Below, piece after piece: positions 45,659-56,553 of a stretch of 64,000 bases of DNA. Origin of the DNA: Bdellovibrionota bacterium (lineage in GTDB: Bacteria; Bdellovibrionota_C; UBA2361; OMII01); contig JBILFA010000005.1 in NCBI GenBank assembly GCA_044351795.1, positions 351 to 64,350 of the forward strand, in the 5' to 3' direction. The position numbers and the translations under genes were made by a program. Position 1 is the stretch's first letter, and every line of letters begins with the position of its first letter. A model generated the notes under the pieces. That model was not told the origin of the DNA, ran no database searches, and saw only the letters and a program-made list of their open reading frames with translations.

Positions 45659-46825
45659 TTGCCGCCTGAGCGTAGCGGTTGTCGTGCAGTGATTGCTATG
45701 GAGCCCGAAGCATTCGTATCGCCTCAGTTGTCAACTCAGACCGACGATGTGAGTGCGCATCTTGCTGGATTGCGGATGAGTCAGCGAGAGATAGGAAAAT
45801 TCGTCGGCACGGTGCAAGAGTTCTCGCCGGAGCAGCTCGAAGTGCTAAGGGAATTTCTTGCGACCAATTCGGAGGCGATTGCAGGGAGAGCGCTACACCC
45901 GCAGTTCAATGCTGCGTGCGAACGGCTCTTGTACCGGTACATGGAGCTTGCTCGCCGTCGAAATATGACGATTCAAGCCCCGCAAGGGTGCGCTGCCGTT
46001 CTTCATGAATTGACCAAGGAGCTGCGACTTAATTGCGCTACCTTCAAACTCGCGCCTGAGAAACTGGTGTCCGCGACACTACTCAGTGGCCAGCCGCTCA
46101 GGGAGTTGCAGGAAGACAAGATCCTGGCTCCTTTTATTGATCGGTTTCGAGATCTTGTAGGTCGCGCTATGTCGAGCTATCCGGCAGACCCGCATGCCTA
46201 TTTACACGATGTCTGCTCGCGTTTCTCGCTATGTGAGGCACATGAAAGTCAACACGAGCCGCGTCCGTTAAAGGATCGTACTATCCTTTTCCTCGCAAAG
46301 ACACGTCGTGAACTCGAGCCGCTCGAGCGCTTGGCGTTGTTTCGATCAGAGCTGCAATCGCTGCGCGCTGCGCTCGAATTTGAGCCACTCCTTGCGCTTT
46401 TTCGTACTGATTTGGCGCGCACCCGGTTCCTTGAAGGTGTTTTGACTCGCTTCAAAGAGGAGGGGTGCCGCCCCTACCTGAGAAACGTTTTGGAGAGCTT
46501 CAACGAGATAGTAGTTGATGCCGCCTTTGAGAAGCTCAGATCTCGTCGAGCGGATATACTCGTCGGCATCCTACGTTATGGAGATGGCGTCAAAGAGTTT
46601 TTCAAAAAAATGCTCGAGAAGGAGTCCCGAATTACCGACCTTGCCACGCGTTCCGGGGCATCGTTCTCGTCCAGGGAGATCAGAGTCCTCTGTCTTCGAA
46701 CTCCCCGAAAGGCCGACAAGGTGGAGGCATCTCTCATACCAAAACTTGGCCAAGAGGAGCTGAGCCCACCTCAACAAAGCGACTTCGACCGCGTCACCCG
46801 ACCTGAGCAACGGCGTGGGGCTTAG
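45659..46825 (+). CDS. Hypothetical protein
   Basis: 388-aa ORF that looks helical and Arg/Leu/Glu-rich. The start may be the ATG at 45698. Confidence 0.5.
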   Translation: MPPERSGCRAVIAMEPEAFVSPQLSTQTDDVSAHLAGLRMSQREIGKFVGTVQEFSPEQLEVLREFLATNSEAIAGRALHPQFNAACERLLYRYMELARRRNMTIQAPQGCAAVLHELTKELRLNCATFKLAPEKLVSATLLSGQPLRELQEDKILAPFIDRFRDLVGRAMSSYPADPHAYLHDVCSRFSLCEAHESQHEPRPLKDRTILFLAKTRRELEPLERLALFRSELQSLRAALEFEPLLALFRTDLARTRFLEGVLTRFKEEGCRPYLRNVLESFNEIVVDAAFEKLRSRRADILVGILRYGDGVKEFFKKMLEKESRITDLATRSGASFSSREIRVLCLRTPRKADKVEASLIPKLGQEELSPPQQSDFDRVTRPEQRRGA

Positions 46826-48023
46826 GAGACGACGCTATCTTGGCACCGTAGTATCGGCTCATAAGCAGGTCTGCGGCATGTTCGGCTCCGGCTTTGAGTT
46901 CTTTGATGATAGGACGTTGTCGCTCTTGAAGTGCTTTGCGAGCATCCCAGGCCTCCGCCAACTTTGTTGCCAGGTTTTCGGCGGTCAGCGAGGCGAGCTC
47001 GAGTCCATAATCCTCGCATTCAAGGAGCCTGAGGTAGCCGCGAACCTTCGGCGCATAGATCAGTCCCACCACCGGGATCTCTACCGACGACGCTAAGACG
47101 ATGGAGTGAAAGCGCATGCCTATGAGGAGACCGCACCGTCTGAGCACTGCCTGGATATCGTGACTGAGATATTTGGTGTTGGTGAGAACCTTTCCGCCCA
47201 CCATCGAGGCGAGTTCGTTGCAGGTGCGCTCGTCCATGGGGTGGGTGCAGGTTATCAAGGGTTGGAAGGGCTCCTGCACATCCTTCTGCGCTTGAGTGAT
47301 CGCCTGCGCGAGCATCGAGAGGAAGGATTGCGGATTCTGAAGACGCTCGTTTGGCTTGAGCCAGCTATCGAGGTAGCTCGTAGCATTCACTGCCAAGATA
47401 GGCTTCTCGGGGTCGAGTCCTATCTCGCGCAAAATGCCGATCGCTACTGAGTCCGACGATACGGGATTGATGAATGCAGCATCTCCGGTGAGTTCGATCG
47501 GCTGAGTTACGCCGATCTCCTTTGCAAGCTTCTCGCTATCTCGTTCGCGCATCATCACGAGATCGCATCCGTTGACGGTCCACTTTGCGAGTAGGCGGCT
47601 GATAGCATTCTGGAAGGGGCCGATGCCGCAGCTATAGGCGACCATTTTACATCCAAAGAGCCGCGCGAGAGGGACTAAGAACACGAGAGTGATAAGATAA
47701 TTGAAAGCTGGGTTGAAGAGCTTCTTGCCGAAGATGATCCCGTCGCAGATGAGGGCACAGTCGCTCTTGGCGAAGCAGCGAAGAGTAGGTAAGCCGAGGA
47801 GCCTGATGCTGAGGGTCCACGGCATTACATTGATGGCTTTAACGTTGTACCTATCGCCGTAGTGCTTCGTGACCCAGTCAGGATTAATAGTTGGAACAAA
47901 GAACTCCGCGTTCGGATGTCGCTTGGAGACGCTCTCCATAATACTCGACATGATCGCCATGTCGCCGAGGTTTCGTCCGGAGTTGTTACCAAGCAGAGTA
48001 ATACGGGGGTGTGGGCCTTTCAT
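46794..48023 (-). CDS. Polysaccharide pyruvyl transferase family protein
   Basis: 409 aa. The N-terminal ITLLGNNSGRNLGDMAI pattern and overall layout are typical of the PS_pyruv_trans family. Confidence 0.75.
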   Translation of the reverse strand: MKGPHPRITLLGNNSGRNLGDMAIMSSIMESVSKRHPNAEFFVPTINPDWVTKHYGDRYNVKAINVMPWTLSIRLLGLPTLRCFAKSDCALICDGIIFGKKLFNPAFNYLITLVFLVPLARLFGCKMVAYSCGIGPFQNAISRLLAKWTVNGCDLVMMRERDSEKLAKEIGVTQPIELTGDAAFINPVSSDSVAIGILREIGLDPEKPILAVNATSYLDSWLKPNERLQNPQSFLSMLAQAITQAQKDVQEPFQPLITCTHPMDERTCNELASMVGGKVLTNTKYLSHDIQAVLRRCGLLIGMRFHSIVLASSVEIPVVGLIYAPKVRGYLRLLECEDYGLELASLTAENLATKLAEAWDARKALQERQRPIIKELKAGAEHAADLLMSRYYGAKIASSPKPHAVAQVG

Positions 48024-48370
48024 AGCGGTCTCTCAAACAGCTCGGGTCACCTGTCACGCGCAGGAGTCATCCTAGTGACAGCAGTAGCATCAGGAACACC
48101 TTTTGTATGGTTTTGATCGCGGGATAGCAAGTATCCCCGATGTGAAAAATGAGCTAACTATACGATTACAGGAGCGGGTCGATGCCCGTCCAGAAGATGG
48201 TGAATGCTACCACGTCTGCCGGTGTAGGTTTCTTTCGCCTCGCTTTGTTAGAGTTCCTGCGGTGAGATGATCGCAGGTCGTTAAAGCCTGTGGGTGGCTG
48301 TAACTTAGCTACTCAGTTTAGTGTATACTGCTAGTAAAGAGACACTTCGGAAGTTCGCGGTACACTCGTC

Positions 48371-49198
48371 ATGGTATTCAAGCTACTCAACTCAGTACGC
48401 GCTAAGACCACCAATCAGGAACCACAGCAACGTACTGTAGCGGCTCCAACGGCGCCGAATCCTGAAGCACTCGCTCGTATCGCCCGTCAGCGAGCAGAGG
48501 ATCGCCAAGCTGTAAATGCAGCACGGCAAGGGTTGAGTGATGCCTATCAGATCTTCCTCGGTCAGCTCGACAAGGCGTACAAGACAAAGAACGCAGAGCA
48601 GCGACTTCGAATCGAGGCGAACTATGCAGTGTGGGCTGCGCTGTACGAGTTACTCAAAGGCAATTTCAAAGATCTGTGGTCCTTTCTCGGTGTGGTTGAT
48701 GCTGATGTTGAGGGTTGGTATCGCATCTCTCCGACCGGGAGTCCCCTCGGGTTTATGACTATAGGGCGCGAGGGGTACAGCTTTGCTGCCGGGATTGAGC
48801 AGAACTCCAAGCGCGGCGTGCCGTTTCCAAAGAAGTGGCTGACGGTATCGCTTGCACATGCCAACGGATATGCGGCCGGCATCGGCGATGAGCGCGTGGT
48901 GGGGCGTGTTGAGCCGATTGATGAAAATCTGGTGGGTCTAGAAAGATGTACCGGTAAGATCGGAGATCACCAGGAGGAGGGTGCCCTAGCGCTCAAGAAC
49001 CGAGCGACGAGTTTCCCGCTCGTATTTACTCTTTCGAGTGAAACCCATGGACAGCACATGACGCAGGTGCCGGTTTCAGCTCTCGAGAAGTACACCTTGG
49101 CAGAGATGGTTCAGCCGCTCATCGTGGCGCTGACGCACGAGGATCTCCGCAAGGCTACGGATCTCTTGCCGACTAGCCAACGTTTAAAGCTCACCTAA
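48371..49198 (+). CDS. Hypothetical protein
   Basis: 275-aa ORF with no recognisable motif. Confidence 0.5.
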   Translation: MVFKLLNSVRAKTTNQEPQQRTVAAPTAPNPEALARIARQRAEDRQAVNAARQGLSDAYQIFLGQLDKAYKTKNAEQRLRIEANYAVWAALYELLKGNFKDLWSFLGVVDADVEGWYRISPTGSPLGFMTIGREGYSFAAGIEQNSKRGVPFPKKWLTVSLAHANGYAAGIGDERVVGRVEPIDENLVGLERCTGKIGDHQEEGALALKNRATSFPLVFTLSSETHGQHMTQVPVSALEKYTLAEMVQPLIVALTHEDLRKATDLLPTSQRLKLT

Positions 49199-49309
49199 GG
49201 CGGAGAGGTAAAACCACGCAGACGCGTGATTTTGTAATGTGGGGGAACCCTCGGCCACAGCGCACACTTTTTACTAATTGACTTCACACTAGTGATCCAG
49301 GTACGAAGC

Positions 49310-49475
49310 AGATGATTGCGAGCGCCAGGGAAGAACGGTGTAATTCCGTCGCGGTCCCGCCGCTGTATCTGGGAGAGCCCCCTCACACAAGCCCACTGTT
49401 CCGGTTTTTATGTGGAATGGGAAGGGGAGGGAGCGAGTAGCCCAGGAGCCAGAAGACCTTCTCGCAATGATGAGC
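49310..49475 (+). promoter_or_regulatory. Cobalamin (B12) riboswitch
   Basis: The P1 helix pairs attgcgag (49315-49322) with ctcgcaat (49461-49468). The conserved core is AGGGAA..CGGTG.AATTCCG..GCGGTCCCGCCGCTGTA...GCCCACTG...GGGAAGG, with a B12-box-like AGCCCAGGAGCC. It lies upstream of a TonB-dependent receptor gene. Confidence 0.8.
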
Positions 49476-49509
49476 CCGAGTATTCGGCTGTCATCCGGAA
49501 CGTACCCTC

Positions 49510-51513
49510 GTGGATTGGGGCACGTATCCGACGAGTTACTGTCCATCGTCTAGTATCAGCGGAGCGCGTGTGCCATCACGAGCGTCAACCCTTGCCCGCA
49601 GTTGTGGGCTACTACTCTTTCTCGCCGTCTTTCAGGCCGGATCCCGACAAGGGCATGCTGACCAGGGCGGTACGGACCCTATCACTACGACGCCGATTAT
49701 CGTCAGTGCCAGTCGAATAGAGACTCACGAAGCCAACGTCGCAAGCTCGGTGTCGACGGTGACTGAGGAGGATATCGACGATGGGCAATATGTAAATGTG
49801 ACAAACGCAATCGAACCCGTTCCCGGCCTTGAGGTCGTGCAGAGCGGTGGGCCCGGCGGCACAGCGGTCGCATTCATAAGGGGAGCTAACAGCGAACACA
49901 CGTTAGTGCTTCTGGATGGGATAGAGCTCAACAACCCTGCGTCTCCCAATCGAGCCTTCAACCTGACCAATTTGACCTTGGAAAACATAGAGCGGATCGA
50001 AGTCTTACGAGGGCCGCAGAGCTCTCTGTATGGTTCTGACGCGATGGGCGGAGTTATCAACATCATCTCCAAAAAAGCTCAGGATGGGCTGCAAATGACT
50101 CTGCGATCTGAGGCCGGTTCCTACAACTCATTCACGCAGGTCGGAAACCTCTCGTATGGGAGTGACTGGATACAGGTTTCCAACGGAGTCACTCGACAAG
50201 ATATCGGAAGTATCTCGTCTGCAAGCAGTCGTGACGGCAACTTCGAACACGACGGGTATGAAAATACTTCGCTCTCTAACCGCGTAAAGATTCTGCCCTC
50301 TGAGTTTATCGATCTGAACGTCAGTACTCGCTACGATCGTTCGAATGCGGCACTCGACAATGCCGGAGGAATCGGTGGAGACGATCCAAACCGACGCTTC
50401 AACAACGAGGAGTTTTTTGTACGGGGTGAAATGGCAGGACACCTGCTCGAAAAGACACTTACTCCCTCTCTCTCACTTGCGTATTCTCACCACGATCTCA
50501 GTGACACGAACGACCCCGACCTGTCCTCCACGGAGTTCCTTCGTTCCGATTATAAAGGAGATCTTCTCAAGCTACAAAGCGTCACGAACTGGAGCCCGGT
50601 GCGGGATTTCTCCGCTGTTCTCGGGGCTGAAACTGAGCGTGAGCGAGCTGACTCCTACTACCTTTCTGACGGACTGTATGGGCCGTATGAAGAAGCGTTG
50701 CAAGGGCGAGATGCGAGAACGAATGCGATCTTCAGCGAGGCACGGGTCTCCTACGACAAGCGTGCATATGTCGATCTTGGCGGAAGACTCGATGATCACT
50801 CTCGCTTCGGGACGTATAAGACCTGGAAGGTCGCACCGGCATACCTGCTCGACGACGCCACGAAGCTCAGAAGCTCAGTCGGTACCGGCTTCAAAGCCCC
50901 TTCGCTCGTGCAGCTGTACTCCAGCTACGGGAACACGGAATTGCGACCAGAGGAAAATGTGGGATGGGACGTGGGTATCGATCGACAATTAATCAAAGAT
51001 CGGTTGTCAGTGTCGCTTGCCTACTTCCACAATTACTTTGACAACCTCATCTCGTTTGACCCGAACACGTATATTCTCAATAATATTCGCAACGCTGAGA
51101 CGAGCGGCTGCGAGGTGTCAACGGACCTTACGCTGACCGAAAGCTTCTCAGTTCGGACTGCGTACACCTATACCGATTCGCAGGATGATGAAACAGGCGA
51201 ATCGCTGCTTAGGAGACCTCAGAACAAGGCCACTGTGACGCTGGTGTACCTCCCCACTTCACGGGTCAAAACTCAGCTTCAATGGAGAGGTACCGGCAGG
51301 CGCTTCGATATCAACTACTCCGGCAGCGAGCCGGAGCGTATCAGCCTGGGGGGATACGGCACGATTAACCTGACACTCTCTTACCAACTCTCAGAAACGG
51401 TAGAGCTCTTCTCGCGAGTCGACAACTTATTCGACAAGGAATATGAGGAGGTGTACGGTTTCGGGACTATGGGAGCCGCTGCGTACGGTGGAATAAAGCT
51501 TGCCTTGTACTAA
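49510..51513 (+). CDS. TonB-dependent receptor (BtuB-like)
   Basis: 667 aa with a TonB box (TPIIVSASR), a plug motif (IEVLRGPQSSLYGSDAMGGVINII) and a C-terminal beta-barrel ending in an aromatic residue. The start codon is uncertain. Confidence 0.9.
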   Translation: MDWGTYPTSYCPSSSISGARVPSRASTLARSCGLLLFLAVFQAGSRQGHADQGGTDPITTTPIIVSASRIETHEANVASSVSTVTEEDIDDGQYVNVTNAIEPVPGLEVVQSGGPGGTAVAFIRGANSEHTLVLLDGIELNNPASPNRAFNLTNLTLENIERIEVLRGPQSSLYGSDAMGGVINIISKKAQDGLQMTLRSEAGSYNSFTQVGNLSYGSDWIQVSNGVTRQDIGSISSASSRDGNFEHDGYENTSLSNRVKILPSEFIDLNVSTRYDRSNAALDNAGGIGGDDPNRRFNNEEFFVRGEMAGHLLEKTLTPSLSLAYSHHDLSDTNDPDLSSTEFLRSDYKGDLLKLQSVTNWSPVRDFSAVLGAETERERADSYYLSDGLYGPYEEALQGRDARTNAIFSEARVSYDKRAYVDLGGRLDDHSRFGTYKTWKVAPAYLLDDATKLRSSVGTGFKAPSLVQLYSSYGNTELRPEENVGWDVGIDRQLIKDRLSVSLAYFHNYFDNLISFDPNTYILNNIRNAETSGCEVSTDLTLTESFSVRTAYTYTDSQDDETGESLLRRPQNKATVTLVYLPTSRVKTQLQWRGTGRRFDINYSGSEPERISLGGYGTINLTLSYQLSETVELFSRVDNLFDKEYEEVYGFGTMGAAAYGGIKLALY

Positions 51514-52375
51514 CCCTTCAATCAGATATCTCGCGCTCCTGATCGGATGGATGTTTGCCTTCAGCGCTGCAGCTGAAGGACATAGCTGCGCGCGTATCGT
51601 CTCATTAGCTCCGAGCATCACCGAAACGCTCTACGAGCTCGGTCTTGGAGATCGGCTCGTTGGTGTCACACGTTTCTGCCGCTATCCCACGGAAGCACAA
51701 AAGATAGAAAAGGTGGGTGGTTTTTTCGATGTCAGCATCGAACGGCTCGTCACCTTGAAGCCGACTCATGTCTTCGCATTGCAAGAGAGTGCTGATGCCT
51801 TACAGCTGCTCCAGAGGTTTGGAATAACTATCTTGAAGGTTGATCATCGAAGTTTGCAAGGAATTCGTGACAGCTTCTCGTCAGTAGGCGAAGCGTGTGG
51901 ACTACGCGAGCGTGCGGTAGCCAAGCTCAAAGAGCTAGAGCAGCGAGAGTCGGCTCTCAAGGAGAGGTTGAAGGGGGTGTTCCCTCTCAAGGCGCTCGTC
52001 GTGGTAGGTCGCACACACGAAGCGAGTCGGCTATCCGGGGTGTATGTTTCAGGGCGTGATGGAGTGTATTCAGATCTGCTCTCTTTGATCGGCTCTCGTA
52101 ATGTCAATGATCATCCAACAGCGGCATTGCCGACGCTCTCCCCCGAGGGGCTCATGTCCCTCGGAGCCGAGGTGATTATCGAGATAGCTGATGCAGATGA
52201 TGGCCCCGCAGACGTCGAAAAGCTCCAAAGCCTCTGGAAAGGGTATCCCGGAATTCCGGCCGTGGCTAACGGTCGAGTAGCGATACTCACCGAGGATTAC
52301 GCAAGCATCCCGGGCCCCCGCTACATCCTCCTCGCTGAGAGATTTGCAAAGGTGCTTTATCCCGACCGCTTCTAG
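51500..52375 (+). CDS. Periplasmic cobalamin/siderophore-binding protein (BtuF-like)
   Basis: RIVSLAPSITETLYELGLGDRLVGVT is a typical periplasmic-binding-protein cluster-8 motif. The start is probably at an internal ATG (MFAFSAAA). Confidence 0.8.
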   Translation: MPCTNPSIRYLALLIGWMFAFSAAAEGHSCARIVSLAPSITETLYELGLGDRLVGVTRFCRYPTEAQKIEKVGGFFDVSIERLVTLKPTHVFALQESADALQLLQRFGITILKVDHRSLQGIRDSFSSVGEACGLRERAVAKLKELEQRESALKERLKGVFPLKALVVVGRTHEASRLSGVYVSGRDGVYSDLLSLIGSRNVNDHPTAALPTLSPEGLMSLGAEVIIEIADADDGPADVEKLQSLWKGYPGIPAVANGRVAILTEDYASIPGPRYILLAERFAKVLYPDRF

Positions 52376-52501
52376 GCGTTCGAGTAAAATCTGTGGCTTC
52401 TCGTAGCGTGGCGTTTTTGACTCTCAGTCGAGAGACCGATATACCGGGGCGCTCACTAATTTAATTAAAGCAGGAAACAAAGTCGTAAGCCCCCAATCTT
52501 T

Positions 52502-53434
52502 ATGTATCCTTCTTCTAACCAAGATCTAAACTTCCGCGACTCAATATGTTCTCCAAAGAGAACAGTGCCTGCTTCCGAAGAGTCGCCAGGCCCTCTGGCT
52601 CCAACAAAGCTGGGCACGTGGGATAATCCAGAGGTTGCGGCGTGCTATTCCAGGTTTGCCAAGGCTGCATGGTATCAGAGCGTTCTAGACACCATGATAC
52701 ACATGCTTCCGATCAAGCCATCGAGCTCGCTGATCGATGTAGGGTGTGGAACAGGAGCAGGGACTTTTAGGCTGGCAGAGCGTGCCGGTCACGGATCCCA
52801 CATCGTAGGTATTGATGCCTCGATAGTGCAGGCTCATTTCGCAAAAAATATCGCACCCTCCAATCTTTCGGTGGACTTCCTTCCGTACAGCGTATCCGAT
52901 GCGGTCGAGCGATACCGTGCGGATTTTGATGGGCTCGTCGGATTCAATTCAATACATCTCCTTGGAAGGACCGAAGTAGCGCTCTCTCAACTCGCCTCGC
53001 TGGTGAAGCCGGGCGGCTTTGTGGCGTTCTGTACAGGGTATCACACGGATGCTCGAAGCTTTGCAGAGATGAAGAGATCGGTTGCGATGTTCGAGGTCAT
53101 GCAGGAAATAGCAGCTCGGCATCCGACCCCGACCAATAACGTCGCCAGTGGTAGGAGCAGCGCGGCTATCCGCTCTGTTCGCGTGAGCAAGCTTGAGTCT
53201 TATATGGACCAAGCCGGGCTTAGTTCCATAACAAAGCAAATGATCCCCGTTGATATGCCTGCCGAAAGCCTTGTGGAGTTTTTGGCATTACCGGGCATGG
53301 CTGCTTCGATTCTCCCGGCTGGCTTCTCAAGAGAGCAGGCGAGGGGTGTTATCAGTGAAGCTCTTGATATCTGTGGAGTATCTTCTATCTCTCGTAAATG
53401 GCTCTTCGTTTTGGCAGAACGCCGTGAAGCTTGA
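52502..53434 (+). CDS. Class I SAM-dependent methyltransferase
   Basis: 310 aa with motif I (LIDVGCGTGAG). Confidence 0.75.
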   Translation: MYPSSNQDLNFRDSICSPKRTVPASEESPGPLAPTKLGTWDNPEVAACYSRFAKAAWYQSVLDTMIHMLPIKPSSSLIDVGCGTGAGTFRLAERAGHGSHIVGIDASIVQAHFAKNIAPSNLSVDFLPYSVSDAVERYRADFDGLVGFNSIHLLGRTEVALSQLASLVKPGGFVAFCTGYHTDARSFAEMKRSVAMFEVMQEIAARHPTPTNNVASGRSSAAIRSVRVSKLESYMDQAGLSSITKQMIPVDMPAESLVEFLALPGMAASILPAGFSREQARGVISEALDICGVSSISRKWLFVLAERREA

Positions 53435-53603
53435 GACTGACCTTGGTGTACGCTGAGTGTGTCCTCTCGCCGGTGTATCGGCAAGGAGTACATCAAGGCA
53501 CCTGTGACGATTTCAAGTGTTTGCTCTTATACGCCCTCACGCTGCCGATCGTGGCGCTATAGGATTCCAGTTCGACAGTTTCAGCCATAGGTGGTAGCGT
53601 TCT

Positions 53604-54335
53604 GTGGTGACCTCTGAACTCCTTGTCATCCGCGACCTTGGCTTAATGGTCGGCAATCATCAACTCCTCCAATCGCTCTCATTCGTCTTGCAATCTGGGG
53701 AGCCTGTGTGTGTGGTAGGTCCGAATGGAGCGGGAAAGACGACGCTTTTGAAGGTCGTAGCGGGCTTATCGAGGGGCTACTCCGGCTCAGTTCTCTTGCA
53801 ACAACGCGAGGTGCGAGATGAGCGTCCCGATAGGCTGGCCCACATAGTCGGCTTCGTTCCGCAGCGCCTGGAGCACCTGCCGTGCTTCTCGGTAGCTGAG
53901 TTTCTAGAACTCAGTGGTAACGCGCGTAAGGAAGCGGTCACTCGACTCACCGATCACGTTCGCAACAGGTATCTCCCGGAGTTGAGCGGCGGTGAGCTCC
54001 AGCGAGTGCTTTTGGCAGGAGCGTTGGCACAAGGAGTGCGGCTGCTCTTATTGGATGAGCCGACGTCAAACCTCGATCCCACCGGTAGAGCAGAGGTTGA
54101 GGTCTTGCTTGACGAGCTCGCGCAGGAAGATGTCACCCTTATGATGGTTACTCACGATATATCCCTCGCGGTCCGTTGCAGCACGCGGCTCGTGATTATG
54201 TCGCAGGGCAGCATCTCGTGGAGTGGGGGAGTGAATGACGAGGCTCTCGTGTCGGAGCTCGGAAAAGCGTACCGGTGTCGTTTCTTGCGAGTTGAACACC
54301 ATGATTTGCAGAGGCCTCTCATAGTAGCTCAATAA
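53604..54335 (+). CDS. ABC transporter ATP-binding protein (FecE/BtuD-type)
   Basis: Walker A GPNGAGKTT, signature LSGGELQRV and Walker B LLLLDEPTSNLD. Confidence 0.9.
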   Translation: MVTSELLVIRDLGLMVGNHQLLQSLSFVLQSGEPVCVVGPNGAGKTTLLKVVAGLSRGYSGSVLLQQREVRDERPDRLAHIVGFVPQRLEHLPCFSVAEFLELSGNARKEAVTRLTDHVRNRYLPELSGGELQRVLLAGALAQGVRLLLLDEPTSNLDPTGRAEVEVLLDELAQEDVTLMMVTHDISLAVRCSTRLVIMSQGSISWSGGVNDEALVSELGKAYRCRFLRVEHHDLQRPLIVAQ

Positions 54336-54355
54336 AGGTAGCAGCGGGTCATTGA

Positions 54356-55348
54356 ATGGAGACGGTCGATACGGGCATTAGAAGTGGGTCCACGAGGGCT
54401 TTTCAGCGGACATTCTTGTGGGGATCTCTGATTCTCATGCTCCTCTCGGGGCTTTCGCTTATCTGCGGCGCCTCAATCTATAGCCCTTGGGATCTCTTCA
54501 ATAGTTCTGAAGCTGCGCAGATCGTCTTTGGTCTTCGTCTGCCGCGTATCATCATGGCGATGCTTGTGGGCGGAGCGCTTGCTTTGGTCGGCATGATTTA
54601 TCAAGCATTATTCCGAAATCCTTTGGCGAGTCCGTTCTCACTCGGAGTTTCGTCGGGTGCCGCACTGGGGGCGTCCATTGCTTTGTTGCTAGGTGTTTCA
54701 ACCACGATATCCGCGATGCTTTCGGCGATTTTGAGTATTGCGCTGATCCTTGCTTTTAGTCGTAAAGGGCTCTCTCGAACGGGAGATACGATTCTTTTGG
54801 TAGGCATCATATTTAGTTTCTTTTGTTCTAGTGTCCTTACCCTGGTTCAGTACCTCAGTGACTACTCGCAGATCTTTCGAATGAGCCGGTGGATGATGGG
54901 AGGTATACCTGTGCCCGAGCTTTCTGATGTGCTGATCGGCTCTACCCTTGTCGTCATTCTCGGCACCTGGGTGCTTCGCTATCGCACGGAACTCGATCTG
55001 ATGTGGTTTGGTGATGAGTTGGCTACGATCAAGGGTGTTGAGGTGGAGCGGGTATACGGGTCCGCATTCCTCGTGACATCACTGGTAATTGGGTGGATCG
55101 TTGCTCAATGCGGAGTAATAGGTTTTGTGGGTATAATCGTGCCTGCAGGAGTTCGAATAATGGTCGGCCTGCGACATCGGTATGTAGCACCGCTTTCGTT
55201 TCTTCTCGGCGCGATTCTGGTTGTGGCGTGTGACCTATTGGGTCGAGTTGTCTCACCCCCCTTTGAGGTGCCCGTTGGAGTCTTCACTGCGGTTGTTGGC
55301 GGCCCCCTGTTCATGCTGCTTCTTCTGAGGAGGGGGGCTAGGCTGTAA
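54356..55348 (+). CDS. FecCD-family ABC permease (BtuC-like)
   Basis: 330 aa, polytopic. LRLPRIIMAMLVGGALA and GVSSGAALGA are typical of FecCD. Confidence 0.9.
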   Translation: METVDTGIRSGSTRAFQRTFLWGSLILMLLSGLSLICGASIYSPWDLFNSSEAAQIVFGLRLPRIIMAMLVGGALALVGMIYQALFRNPLASPFSLGVSSGAALGASIALLLGVSTTISAMLSAILSIALILAFSRKGLSRTGDTILLVGIIFSFFCSSVLTLVQYLSDYSQIFRMSRWMMGGIPVPELSDVLIGSTLVVILGTWVLRYRTELDLMWFGDELATIKGVEVERVYGSAFLVTSLVIGWIVAQCGVIGFVGIIVPAGVRIMVGLRHRYVAPLSFLLGAILVVACDLLGRVVSPPFEVPVGVFTAVVGGPLFMLLLLRRGARL

Positions 55349-55500
55349 TGAGAGCGTGAGGCTCAGGCTTGCGATCGATGCCCGCACCGATAGGTACGGA
55401 GCCAAAAGCGGCTAACGACCGAATTACTCACCCAACGGCCGAAGGCGCCTGTTCCCTTTACTTGTTAGCCTTTTGAAGAGGGCTGCTGTACGATGACTGC

Positions 55501-56508
55501 ATGGATTCTTCTTCCCAATCGACCCAATTCTTTTTCGAGCTTACTCCGGAGCGTGTGCTTGATGCCGTTGAACGGCTCGGGGTGCGGTGCACTGGGCGTG
55601 TCATGGCGCTCAATAGCATGGAGAATCGGGTGTACGAAGTCGAGCTTGACATGGAGCCGACGCATGACGGAGGACGCTGGGAGGCATTCCGCGTAGTTAA
55701 ATTCTATCGCCCGGGAAGGTGGACCAGGGATCAGATAGCGGAGGAACATGCGTTTCTGCTCGATTGTAAAGAAGCGGAGATACCGGTTGTAGCGCCGTTG
55801 TCGTTTCCGGACGGCTCTACGTTATCAGAGGTGCCGGACACCGGAATTTTGTACTCAGTGTTTCCGAAGGTTAGTGGGCGAATACTGGATGAGATGAGTG
55901 ATTCGCAGCTGCGACAGATCGGTCGTTTGATCGGTCGAATGCACGCTGTGGGTCGTCGCGCCGGTTTTCAGCACCGCATGAAACTGACAGCGGAGACCTA
56001 CGGATTCTCGAACCTGAGCTATCTGCGGGAAAATAAGCTTCTGCCGTCCTCGGTCGAATCTCACTATTTGAATCTTGCGGAGCGGATATTCAAGCTGTCA
56101 AATGATTGGTTGCAAACAGTTTCCACGCAGCGTCTGCACGGAGATTGCCATATCGGTAACATCCTGTGGGACGTGCAAAGTTGTTCTATCGTCGATTTCG
56201 ATGATGCGCTCGAGGGCCCATGTGTTCAAGACTTGTGGCTCTTGACTCCGGGGCGCGATGCTCTGACGGATCGGTATCGGGAGCTTCTCTTGGAGGGTTA
56301 TGAAATGATGAACCCATTTGATCGCTCCTCGCTTAGGTTGATAGAGCCGTTGCGAGCCCTCCGAATGGTGCACTTCACCACGTGGATAGCGCGGCGTTTC
56401 GAAGATCCGGCATTCAAACGAACCTTTGTGGATTACGGCTCGGAGCGCTACTGGCGAGAACAGCTGATTGCACTCCAAGAGGTTGGGGAGTCGCTCGGGA
56501 TTGCATAA
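55501..56508 (+). CDS. Stress response Ser/Thr kinase SrkA/YihE-like (aminoglycoside phosphotransferase fold)
   Basis: 335 aa with a catalytic loop (LHGDCHIGNILW) and a metal-binding IVDFDD. Confidence 0.85.
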   Translation: MDSSSQSTQFFFELTPERVLDAVERLGVRCTGRVMALNSMENRVYEVELDMEPTHDGGRWEAFRVVKFYRPGRWTRDQIAEEHAFLLDCKEAEIPVVAPLSFPDGSTLSEVPDTGILYSVFPKVSGRILDEMSDSQLRQIGRLIGRMHAVGRRAGFQHRMKLTAETYGFSNLSYLRENKLLPSSVESHYLNLAERIFKLSNDWLQTVSTQRLHGDCHIGNILWDVQSCSIVDFDDALEGPCVQDLWLLTPGRDALTDRYRELLLEGYEMMNPFDRSSLRLIEPLRALRMVHFTTWIARRFEDPAFKRTFVDYGSERYWREQLIALQEVGESLGIA

Positions 56509-56553
56509 TGTTCGTGTGAAAAATCCCGTTATTCTGTATAGTCCGTCAACCAT

